64,000 nucleotides of DNA, taken from Myxococcales bacterium (GTDB taxonomy: Bacteria > Myxococcota > UBA727 > JABDBI01). This document shows positions 1-8,711 of the stretch, piece after piece. Location of the stretch: positions 2,816-66,815 of the forward strand of contig CANFCB010000001.1 in the NCBI GenBank assembly GCA_947445025.1. Reading direction: 5' to 3'. The notes under the pieces were generated by a model. The model ran no database searches. It was not told the DNA's origin and worked only from the letters and a program-made list of their open reading frames with translations. Within the stretch, counting starts at the first letter, position 1. The number at the start of each line of letters is the position of its first letter. The translations under genes and the position numbers were made by a program.

Positions 1-724
1 TGGTGTCGGTAAAATTATTGAAGAAAAGTTTGTTCCTTACTATGTAGCTTCGCCTGGCGTTGGACCAGCATTGCTCATCGCCATTTTACTTTGCCTTTTG
101 GCTAGTGTCGTCTTGTTTAAGGCCAGAAAAAAAAGTGATATCCCAACTGGGTGGGTGAAAATTAGCTATTTTGCGGGAGTGCTCGCCATGCTTACCGTCG
201 CTATCATAATGATATCCAATGATCTGCTCATGACCAATGTCACTGTCGATGCTAAAGTCGCTCCAAGTTTGCTGCCCCCTGGTCCATGGCGTCTGGCTTT
301 GCAGTCGAACATGTGGGATTTGGGATTTTTATGCTTCATTTTGCTTGGACAAATTTTTATTGGTCTGGTGATTTTATTTCCAGAAAAAATTCGCGCGTTG
401 CTGCCAAGCGTGAATCAATTAGACCGGGTCGCTTATTCTAATATTATGGTTGCTTTCTCGCTCGTCGCTGTGGTGCTAGTAACCGGTGCACTCTGGGCCC
501 ATTATGCCTGGGGGCGTTATTGGGGCTGGGATCCTAAAGAAACTGGCGCGTTAGTTATTTGGCTGAACTATGCGCTTTATTTGCACACACGTGTCACCTA
601 TGGCTGGACAGGAACACGTTCGGCAGTGATAGCTATTTTAGGATTCTTTATTATTTTAGCAGGATTTCTCGGTGTCAATCTCGGATGGTTTGCCAATGGA
701 CTACACAGCTATGGTAGCGCTTAA
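1..724 (+). CDS. ccsA: Cytochrome c-type biogenesis protein CcsA/ResC (system II), C-terminal part; the gene starts upstream of the window
   Basis: Polytopic membrane protein carrying the WWD-domain signature WGRYWGWDPKETGALVIWLNYALYLH. The ORF is open at the window edge. Confidence 0.75.
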   Translation, partial: GVGKIIEEKFVPYYVASPGVGPALLIAILLCLLASVVLFKARKKSDIPTGWVKISYFAGVLAMLTVAIIMISNDLLMTNVTVDAKVAPSLLPPGPWRLALQSNMWDLGFLCFILLGQIFIGLVILFPEKIRALLPSVNQLDRVAYSNIMVAFSLVAVVLVTGALWAHYAWGRYWGWDPKETGALVIWLNYALYLHTRVTYGWTGTRSAVIAILGFFIILAGFLGVNLGWFANGLHSYGSA

Positions 725-738
725 AAACTGGCAACTTT

Positions 739-1258
739 TTAAAACCGACTCTTTATAATGAAGAAGGCTTCAAGCACAATAAAAAAACGCGCCAGCACAA
801 TTTCCAATTTTTTCTTCTTTTTGAAATCAATAAACTGTCCCAAAATATTATGGGTTATCGAGGTGCTTGAGGCCAGAAGCGCACTGTCTACCGTAGAAAG
901 AATAGCTGAAGTCAACGCCACCTCGCTGACCATTGATATTTTTGCGGGTGACAATTGGCTAAGCACGCTCATAGGATAAAAATCTGGTATCTGCGTAAAA
1001 ACAATAATCATGAGAACAACATACATATCCGCGAGCAGTCCAACAAACGCGGTGTAGATAACAGCTACTAGCGTCGCTATAGCAACCGCAACGGCAAGAC
1101 TCATTTCTAAATGCATGGAAATAACATGGCCAAAAGCGCAAATTTGCCCAGCCGCCCAGCAACATAGAAATCATGGCAGTTTTGATATACCTGGAGACAA
1201 ACACACCCACCAGGATTTGCAGAAGAATGAACCCAGCCAAAAAGCTAATGGTAAACAT
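739..1258 (-). pseudogene. Possible frameshifted membrane-protein gene (two overlapping hydrophobic ORFs in different frames)
   Basis: Minus-strand ORFs 959..1258 and 739..1116 are both strongly hydrophobic and overlap in different frames, consistent with one ~170-aa membrane protein carrying a frameshift. No family recognised. Confidence 0.25.
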
Positions 1259-1335
1259 TTAGTCAAAAAAAAGTGTCAAATAAAAAATCAGGTGGATTTA
1301 TTGTAAAATGTTAAAAATTACATTACTTAGTTTTC

Positions 1336-1962
1336 ATGATGTCATTGTCAATTAAAGATGCCCAATATATTTTGTCTGCCCCTACCGTGGCACTTTTACC
1401 GGAAAGCAAAACTGCGCAAGTGGCTTTCGTGGGTCGCTCAAATGTCGGAAAATCTTCTTTACTTAATTTCTTAATGTCACGCAAAAATTTGGCGCGAATT
1501 TCTCGCACTCCGGGACGAACCAGGGCTTTGAATTTATTTTCTGCAACGATCATGCAAAAAAATGAGGAAGGCGTCAAAAGCGAGAAATTTTTAAACCTGG
1601 TCGATTTACCAGGAATTGGTTACGCTAAGCTTTCGCACGAGGAGAAAGCACTTTTATCAGAAACATTATCTGATTACTTAGACAGCAATCACCCCATTCG
1701 CATGGTTTTTCATTTGCTTGATTGTCGTCGCAAGCCTACTAGCGAAGACATCGACTTAAGTCTGCTCTTGAGACAGTCTGAGCGAAACTATGTCGCCGTT
1801 ATCACCAAAATTGACGAAGTTCCCGTTTCTAAGCGCAAGCCTCTAATGGCGCAATTCACCAAAGATCTTTCTCTTAATCCCGCTGATTGCATCATGGCTT
1901 CTAGTCATGCTAATATGGGCAGGGAAGTGCTTTTGTCGAAGATATGGGAACACGTGGCATGA
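1336..1962 (+). CDS. engB: Ribosome biogenesis GTP-binding protein EngB/YsxC/YihA
   Basis: G1 box FVGRSNVGKSSLLN, G3 box DLPGIGYA, length and organisation typical of EngB. Confidence 0.9.
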   Translation: MMSLSIKDAQYILSAPTVALLPESKTAQVAFVGRSNVGKSSLLNFLMSRKNLARISRTPGRTRALNLFSATIMQKNEEGVKSEKFLNLVDLPGIGYAKLSHEEKALLSETLSDYLDSNHPIRMVFHLLDCRRKPTSEDIDLSLLLRQSERNYVAVITKIDEVPVSKRKPLMAQFTKDLSLNPADCIMASSHANMGREVLLSKIWEHVA

Positions 1963-2414
1963 TATCGATTTTAAAGCTAGAAAATCTAAGCGTTTTGAGC
2001 AAGTTAGATCAAGAGTGCTTTGCTATTTTTTGGTCTGAAGCCGAACTTGCAGATGAATTGACACATAAAAATGGGATTGCCCTTGGCTATTTCGAAAATG
2101 GAAATTTACTAGGAGCCTTGCTGGCCCGAGTAATAATCGATGAAATTTGGATTTTTCGCATAATGGCCCATCCTGATCATCGACATCAAAAGATTGCACA
2201 TGCCTTGGTGACCAGGATAAGTGATCCTTTAAAAAATGCGGAAGCAGCAGCACCTGCCTCGATCTGGCTTGAAGTTGCCAAAAGCAATGACGCTGCTATT
2301 GGTTTTTATGAAAGTGAAGGTTTTTTACGTGTATCTTCACGCTTGGGTTACTACCAAGCCAATCACCTGCGTAGCGAACCCGAGGATGCTTGGGTGATGT
2401 GCCGAAAGTTTTAA
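1944..2414 (+). CDS. GNAT family N-acetyltransferase (RimI-like)
   Basis: 156 aa with a GNAT-like core (…IWIFRIMAHPDHRHQKIAHALV…). Overlaps the engB stop by 19 nt, which suggests an operon. Confidence 0.55.
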   Translation: MGTRGMISILKLENLSVLSKLDQECFAIFWSEAELADELTHKNGIALGYFENGNLLGALLARVIIDEIWIFRIMAHPDHRHQKIAHALVTRISDPLKNAEAAAPASIWLEVAKSNDAAIGFYESEGFLRVSSRLGYYQANHLRSEPEDAWVMCRKF

Positions 2415-2417
2415 AAT

Positions 2418-3257
2418 ATGCAACTAGATTACGTATTACTTGACTCGGGAAATCAAAAAAAATGGGAACGGTTTGGTAACAATACTATCATTCGCCCAGA
2501 GGTGCGGGCTGTGTGGCAGCCACGGCTTACAGAATGGTCAGCTAGTGCCGAGGCTAGGCAGCAGGAAAAAGGGGCCTATGTTTGGCACCAAGAGGTTTCC
2601 TGGAAGGAGCCTTGGCTTATTAAAATGGACCAGCTTTGTTTCGAGCTGCATCTTTCACAAGCGAAGAATATTGGCATTTTCCCTGAACAGATTAAAAATT
2701 GGCAGTGGCTTTCCCATGTCATCCAAAATAGCCCAAAGCCAAACCCAAGAGTGTTAAACCTCTTTGCTTATACAGGTGCGGCCACATTAGTCGCAGCCTC
2801 AGCCGGGGCAGAGGTTTGCCATGTGGATGCGTCAAAATCAACGTTACGCTGGGCCTCAAAAAATGCGCTTTTAAGTCAATTGGATAATCAGTCTATTCGC
2901 TGGATTGCTGACGATGCCATGCAATTTTTGAAACGCGAAATCAAACGCGGTGTTTTTTATGATGGAATTATTTTAGATCCACCGCCAGTTGGACATGGCC
3001 CTAAAGGAATCTTTACTTTTAAGAATAACGTGGAACAGCTCCTTGGCTTATGCAAACAAGCTTTGGCTCCCAAACCACTTTTTTTCTTATTTAACTGTTA
3101 TGCCATGAACTATACGCATGCCATGGCTAAAGAGCTCGTTGCTTCTGTTTTCCAACAAGAAAAGTTCAAAAGCGCGGAACTCTTTATTCAAGAAGAATGT
3201 CGCAAAAAACAAATTTCTTGCAGCGTTTATGTGCGATCTCAGCTTGATTTAGGCTGA
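2418..3257 (+). CDS. Class I SAM-dependent (RNA) methyltransferase
   Basis: Motif I-like NLFAYTGAATLVAA and motif IV ILDPPP(V)G, typical of m2G/m5C/N6A-type Rossmann methyltransferases. Confidence 0.55.
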   Translation: MQLDYVLLDSGNQKKWERFGNNTIIRPEVRAVWQPRLTEWSASAEARQQEKGAYVWHQEVSWKEPWLIKMDQLCFELHLSQAKNIGIFPEQIKNWQWLSHVIQNSPKPNPRVLNLFAYTGAATLVAASAGAEVCHVDASKSTLRWASKNALLSQLDNQSIRWIADDAMQFLKREIKRGVFYDGIILDPPPVGHGPKGIFTFKNNVEQLLGLCKQALAPKPLFFLFNCYAMNYTHAMAKELVASVFQQEKFKSAELFIQEECRKKQISCSVYVRSQLDLG

Positions 3258-3518
3258 TTGCAGCTTAGCTGCTTGCTTCATTAATCTTGAAGTACGGCGG
3301 GCGGCTGTTTTCTTGTTAAGAACACCTTTACGAGCAGCAATTGCTAATTCTGTTTGAGCGGAACGAATCTCTTCGCTGTTTGGAGTTGCAGTCTTATTAC
3401 TGATAGCAGCACGGGCTTTTTTAATTTTACCAGCGAGTATGCTTTTGATGGCGCGATTTCGCACGCGTTGCTTTTCAGATTGCAGATGACGTTTTTTTGC
3501 AGACTTGTGATTAGCCAT
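3249..3518 (-). CDS. rpsT: 30S ribosomal protein S20
   Basis: MANHKSAKKRHLQSEKQRVRNRA… is a near-canonical S20 N-terminus. It is a small basic protein. Confidence 0.9.
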   Translation of the reverse strand: MANHKSAKKRHLQSEKQRVRNRAIKSILAGKIKKARAAISNKTATPNSEEIRSAQTELAIAARKGVLNKKTAARRTSRLMKQAAKLQSA

Positions 3519-3603
3519 GTTAGGTGATTTCTCCAAATAAGTGCCTTAAAGACCGCTCACTTAAAACTATTTGCCAATACTTGTCAAAGGGGCAAATGCA
3601 CTT

Positions 3604-4455
3604 TTAAACAAAGCGACCGTGGTTATTAGTCTCAAAGCGAGTGCGTTTCAACAATACCGGCTCACTTTTTTGGGAATAGAGTTTATCGCCGGGGAGAGCT
3701 AACAAAAGTTTCCCCTTCTCGTCGAAACCTACCTGTGGACAGATAGGCTGGTTAGGCTGCACAAACACCTCTGGGAACCTCTCAAAAGAAGCCATTTGAT
3801 CCAGCAATTCCAACATGGCCAACGTCGGTGGTGCTAAAATCAGATCGCCGGAAAAATAGCTGTTAAGTGCCTGATTAGGTATTATAAAATCCCCTAAACT
3901 GGATTCACTGTAATTGATTCTGGGTGTTTGCCCGACCGGCTTTCTGCTTAAAAAAAATCGGGTATCGTAACGCCGTTTTTCAATTTCAGGTGTAATCCAC
4001 CAAGAGATGGGCACTAGCGCCTGAACATGGGGAGTTAATTGGTGATGTAGCAGTGTTTTATAAAAAGAGTCGCCAGCATCAATGGCATCTAAAACACTGC
4101 TGACTATCTCGAGACTTGGGAAATTCCCCAAAGCATCAATCGCATATAATAACCCAGCTTCTTCAGCCGTCTCCCGTATAGCCGCCAAGAAGAAGGCGAG
4201 GGCTTCCTGAGAAGGATGCTTATCGCCCAAGCTCTCGCTGATGGTACGCAAAAAGCCATGCTCTTGCTGATGGCTCCACTCGGTATCAGCGATGTCGACA
4301 GCTCCGCCAGGAAAGACATGGGCATTTGCAAAAAAACCACTTTGACTTTGTCTTTTGAGCATTAACACTTGAGGAGGGGCTTGTTCAGACCAGACCAGAA
4401 GAGTCGCTGCTGGTTTTGGTGAAAGAATTGAGCTCATGGGCGCCTTTGTTAGCAA
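3604..4455 (-). CDS. NUDIX-like hydrolase with an inserted segment in the Nudix box
   Basis: FPGGAVD…(insert)…AIRETAEEAGL matches the REUXEEXGU half of the Nudix box, but the spacing to the GG is much longer than canonical. Confidence 0.4.
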   Translation of the reverse strand: MLTKAPMSSILSPKPAATLLVWSEQAPPQVLMLKRQSQSGFFANAHVFPGGAVDIADTEWSHQQEHGFLRTISESLGDKHPSQEALAFFLAAIRETAEEAGLLYAIDALGNFPSLEIVSSVLDAIDAGDSFYKTLLHHQLTPHVQALVPISWWITPEIEKRRYDTRFFLSRKPVGQTPRINYSESSLGDFIIPNQALNSYFSGDLILAPPTLAMLELLDQMASFERFPEVFVQPNQPICPQVGFDEKGKLLLALPGDKLYSQKSEPVLLKRTRFETNNHGRFV

Positions 4456-4575
4456 AAGTTTTTATTCTAGATGGAAATCTTCATTTTTGGCGAGTAATCA
4501 TTTTGATTGATAGGTTATAAAAGTGTAACAATAAAAGAAGACGAGCGTTTTTAACGAGCGGTGTGAAATAAATCA

Positions 4576-6750
4576 ATGTTGCGACTAAACGATATTATTG
4601 AAATTGTAAGAAGTTATCATCCCCAGGCCGACTTGGACCTGATCCATAAAGCCTATGTCTATTCGGCAAAAGTGCATGCCGGCCAAGTGCGTCAAAGCGG
4701 TGAGCCTTATTTAAGCCACCCTTTGGAGGTTGCTAAAATTTTAGCAGAGCTAAAGTTGGATGAAGCAAGCATTTGCACGGGCTTGCTCCACGACACCATT
4801 GAAGACACCCTCGCCAGTGCAGAAGAAATCAAACAACTTTTTGGCAACGACATTGCTTATCTGGTAGAAGGTGTCACCAAATTGTCGCAAATTAAATTTC
4901 AAAGCAGCGAAGAGAAGCTGGCTGAAAATTTTCGCAAAATGCTTGTGGCCATGTCTCGGGATATCCGCGTCCTTTTAGTGAAATTGGCAGATCGTTTGCA
5001 TAATATGCGCACCTTGCAACACATGACGCCAGAAAAACAAGAAGCCATTGCTCTGGAAACCATGGAGATCTATGCACCCTTGGCCAATAGACTTGGTATT
5101 GGATGGCTGAAACTTGAACTAGAAGATTTAAGTTTTAAGTATTTAAAGCCGCTTGATTTTAAAGAGTTGCGCGAAAAAATTGGAAAAACCAAACGCGATC
5201 GAAGTAAATTTATCGACGAGGTTTCCTCTGAAATTCAAAACGCGCTATCTAATTCGGGCATGACAGATTTCGAAGTTTCGGGACGTCCTAAACATTTGTG
5301 GTCAATTTACCGCAAGATGATCGATAAAAATTTATCTTTTGAAGACATCCATGACTTAATTGCTTTTCGCGTATTGGTAGGTTCGATTGGGCAATGCTAT
5401 GAAGCCCTGGGGCATATTCACGCTATGTGGCGGCCCATTCCTGGGCGTTTTAAAGACTACCTCGCGATGCCTAAGCCTAACGGTTATCGCAGTCTGCATA
5501 CCACGCTGATTGGCCCCAGAGGCGAGCGGGTTGAAATTCAAATTCGGACCTGGGACATGCATGAAGTTGCCGAAAAAGGGATTGCGGCGCACTGGAAATA
5601 CAAGAAAGGGGGTGGCTCTCCAATTTTAGTCGGCGACGTCGCGGACAAAGGCTTTTTGTGGTTACGCCAGTTGATGGATTGGCAGCGCGATCTAAAAGAT
5701 CCTAACGAATTTTTAGATTCCGTAAAAGTCGACCTATTTACCGAAGAAGTCTACGTCTTTACACCTAGAGGCGACGTCATCGAACTTCCTCGTGGAGCCA
5801 CGCCCATCGATTTTGCTTTTGCCATTCATTCCAACGTGGGAACGCATTGCATTAGTGCCAAAGTGAACAATTGCATGGTCACGCTGCGACATTTATTGGA
5901 GAACGGCGATACCTGCGAAATTGTAACGCAAAAAAATCAGCAGCCTAAAAAAGCGTGGTTAGCTTTCGTCAAGACCTCACGCGCTCGAACCAAAATCAGA
6001 GCGATTTTACGTCAAGTTGAACGAGAAAAAAGTTTAGAAATCGGTCGCCAATTATTGGAAAAGGAATTTCGACGCTATGGAACTACACAGCAAAAATGGA
6101 GTAAAAGTCCTGAAATAGAAGCATTTTTTAAGCAGCATAAATATCGCACCCTCGATGAAACACTCATTGCCATTGGCTACGGCAAGTTAGACACAAAAGC
6201 CGTTATCGAAGGCATCTTGCCCGATGAAGCACGTAAAGCACCACCAGCTGAGGTGAAGAAAAGCCGCATAAGTCAACTGTTTGATCAAGTTGCCCGTCGC
6301 ACCCACACAGGAATTAAACTGGAAGGCATCGACGACGTCTTGGTGCACTACGCCAAGTGCTGCGCTCCGGTAAAAGGCGATCCGGTTATCGGATTTATTA
6401 CGCGCGGTCGCGGTCTCACCGTTCATCGTCGTAACTGCTCTAAAATTATGGAACTTGACTCTGAGCGTCGTATCAATGTGAGTTGGGATGCCAGTTCGAC
6501 CTTGCTGCGTCCTATTTCTATTCGCGTAGTCACCGATGACAGAGGCGGTATGCTTGCAGATATTTCCGCGGTCTTCACCAAAATGAATGTTAATATTTCC
6601 GAGGCTAATTGTAGAACATTTGGCGACGGTCAGGCCATCAATACTTTCAAATGTAGCGTTGCTGATTTAGATCAGCTGAAAAAAATCATAAAAATGCTGG
6701 AATCGATTAAGGGCGTTCACTCTGTGGAACGCGCACGAAGTAAGCAGTAG
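4576..6750 (+). CDS. spoT: Bifunctional (p)ppGpp synthetase/hydrolase (RelA/SpoT family, long RSH)
   Basis: HD hydrolase domain (HPLEVAKILAEL…LLHDTIEDT), synthetase domain (RFKDYLAMPKPNGYRSLHT), TGS and C-terminal ACT regions; 724 aa. Confidence 0.9.
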   Translation: MLRLNDIIEIVRSYHPQADLDLIHKAYVYSAKVHAGQVRQSGEPYLSHPLEVAKILAELKLDEASICTGLLHDTIEDTLASAEEIKQLFGNDIAYLVEGVTKLSQIKFQSSEEKLAENFRKMLVAMSRDIRVLLVKLADRLHNMRTLQHMTPEKQEAIALETMEIYAPLANRLGIGWLKLELEDLSFKYLKPLDFKELREKIGKTKRDRSKFIDEVSSEIQNALSNSGMTDFEVSGRPKHLWSIYRKMIDKNLSFEDIHDLIAFRVLVGSIGQCYEALGHIHAMWRPIPGRFKDYLAMPKPNGYRSLHTTLIGPRGERVEIQIRTWDMHEVAEKGIAAHWKYKKGGGSPILVGDVADKGFLWLRQLMDWQRDLKDPNEFLDSVKVDLFTEEVYVFTPRGDVIELPRGATPIDFAFAIHSNVGTHCISAKVNNCMVTLRHLLENGDTCEIVTQKNQQPKKAWLAFVKTSRARTKIRAILRQVEREKSLEIGRQLLEKEFRRYGTTQQKWSKSPEIEAFFKQHKYRTLDETLIAIGYGKLDTKAVIEGILPDEARKAPPAEVKKSRISQLFDQVARRTHTGIKLEGIDDVLVHYAKCCAPVKGDPVIGFITRGRGLTVHRRNCSKIMELDSERRINVSWDASSTLLRPISIRVVTDDRGGMLADISAVFTKMNVNISEANCRTFGDGQAINTFKCSVADLDQLKKIIKMLESIKGVHSVERARSKQ

Positions 6751-7142
6751 GGATTTAGTCCCCCTTAGAAAAATGGGACCTAACTGCAGCGCCCCTGCGC
6801 ACCTAGCCATATGCCGCTACCGCAGTTACGATAGTTAGATAATCGTGACGGCGATTCTAATTCCGCAACATCATCAGCTCCGGAACACGCACCTATAAAA
6901 CATATTAAAAATCAGCAGCAGCATTACCATTATTCTCTTAACCACAAATGCTCCCACTTTTTTCGGTCATATATATTAATATATTAACACACATAGGTTG
7001 GGGAACACAAATTTTCACGAGATCACTTGAGTTATTCAGGCGCCGGGCTGCATTTCTTAACCATAAATAACCCCTCATTTTATGGTATAGCGCAGACGAT
7101 TAACGCTTTCTGGAATCTGAACAAAACTTCGCCAAAACTACG

Positions 7143-8552
7143 CTACCCGCTCATCGAGGCTATAAAATCGTGATTGGTTTTAGTGCCTTTCATGCGGCTA
7201 AGCAAGAATTCCATGGAATCGATGACGTTAAGCGGATGCAAAAGCTGACGTAAAATCCACACGCGATTAAGGACTTCCTTATCGAGCAAGAGTTCTTCTT
7301 TACGCGTTCCTGACTTATTGATATCGAGACAAGGGAAAATTCGCTTTTCCATGAGCTTACGATCCAACACAATTTCGGCATTACCTGTGCCTTTGAACTC
7401 TTCGAAAATGACTTCATCCATACGACTGCCAGTATCGACGAGTGCGGTACTGATAATCGTGAGGGAGCCACCTTCTTCCACATTACGTGCGGCACCAAAG
7501 AAACGTTTTGGTTTATGCAAGGCATTTGAATCCACGCCACCAGACAAAATTTTGCCGCTGGGAGGAACAACTGTGTTATAAGCGCGCGCCAATCGCGTGA
7601 TAGAATCAAGCAAAATAACCACGTCTTTTTTCATTTCGACGAGTCGTTTTGCTCTTTCAATAACCATCTCAGCAACCTGCACATGACGCTGTGGAGGCTC
7701 ATCAAAAGTAGAGGCAATCACTTCACCTTTAATGTGACGCTGATTGTCGGTTACTTCTTCAGGACGCTCATCGATTAAAAGCACAATCAAAACCACTTCA
7801 GGGTGATTGGTGGTAATCGAATTGGCGATGTCTTGCATGAGAACTGTTTTACCAGCCCGTGGCGGCGATACGATAAGCGCTCGTTGACCCTTACCAATTG
7901 GGCAGAGCAAATCGATAATTCGTGTTGAATTATTTTCATGGCTTCTTTCCAGCTTGAAACGCTCATTTGGGAATAGGGGCGTTAAGTTATCAAAAGAAAC
8001 TTTATTGCGATGCTCTGCCGGAGTAATGCCGTTGATGGTGTCGAGCTTGAGCAATGCATAATAACGCTCTTTTTCACCAGGCGGTCTAATCTGACCACGA
8101 ACAGTATCGCCGGTTCTTAAGCTGTAAGCACGAATCTGTGATGGAGCGACGTAAATATCATCTGCTGAAGGTTCGTAATTGTAGGTCGGCTCACGTAAAA
8201 AGCCATAACCTTCAGGAAAGGTTTCCAATACGCCTTCACCAAAAATAGCGCCACGATTGCTGGCCTGCCATTTCAATAAGGCAAAAACCATATCTTGCTT
8301 ACGCAAAAGTGCATCAGCGTCGACATTTGTCTTCTGAGCTCTTACTTGTAAGTCTTCGATTTTAGCATGTTTTAATTCTGACAAATCCATAGAAGGCACA
8401 TCAGGATTTATTTCAACCGGAACTGGTGCAGGACCTGAGACAGGTGCTCGTTCACGTTCAGGTCGGGGCGGGTAATTTCCTCGACCTCTTCTCTTCAAAT
8501 TTTCTCGTGAAGAGGGGGCATGGCTGCGATTGTCGACCTTTTCTTCGCTCAT
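7143..8552 (-). CDS. rho: Transcription termination factor Rho with a ~54-aa Arg/Gly/Pro-rich N-terminal extension
   Basis: From [14 protein letters not shown] onward it aligns to canonical Rho (N-terminal helix bundle, OB/RNA-binding, P-loop GKTVLMQ, RecA-like ATPase). An AGGGAAG Shine-Dalgarno-like site sits before the upstream ATG. Confidence 0.9.
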   Translation of the reverse strand: MSEEKVDNRSHAPSSRENLKRRGRGNYPPRPERERAPVSGPAPVPVEINPDVPSMDLSELKHAKIEDLQVRAQKTNVDADALLRKQDMVFALLKWQASNRGAIFGEGVLETFPEGYGFLREPTYNYEPSADDIYVAPSQIRAYSLRTGDTVRGQIRPPGEKERYYALLKLDTINGITPAEHRNKVSFDNLTPLFPNERFKLERSHENNSTRIIDLLCPIGKGQRALIVSPPRAGKTVLMQDIANSITTNHPEVVLIVLLIDERPEEVTDNQRHIKGEVIASTFDEPPQRHVQVAEMVIERAKRLVEMKKDVVILLDSITRLARAYNTVVPPSGKILSGGVDSNALHKPKRFFGAARNVEEGGSLTIISTALVDTGSRMDEVIFEEFKGTGNAEIVLDRKLMEKRIFPCLDINKSGTRKEELLLDKEVLNRVWILRQLLHPLNVIDSMEFLLSRMKGTKTNHDFIASMSG

Positions 8553-8711
8553 TTAAACAACTTCCCTTTTAAAGGATAAAAAACTTTTTGTGAATGATTA
8601 GGTAGGATGATGACACGGACTTCCAATGATATGGAGCCAAAGGGATGAAACAAACTGTCACCAAGTATTCACCATTCTTACGCTTTTTGTCAATAGCCTG
8701 CTTTTTTAAAG

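Noticed and set aside
6751-7142. Tested the long spoT-rho spacer for tRNA or tmRNA
   Set aside because: No GTTCGAATC/GTTCAAATC T-loop (or its reverse complement GATTCGAAC) and no CCA-flanked acceptor-like stems. The tmRNA tag-reading-frame consensus is not present. It is kept only as a generic sRNA candidate.
8553-8711. Possible sigma70 promoter for rho (TTGACA at ~8688-8693 on the minus strand)
   Set aside because: The -35 hexamer is perfect, but no convincing -10 (2-4 of 6 matches only) is found at 16-19-bp spacing. It is too weak to report as a feature.
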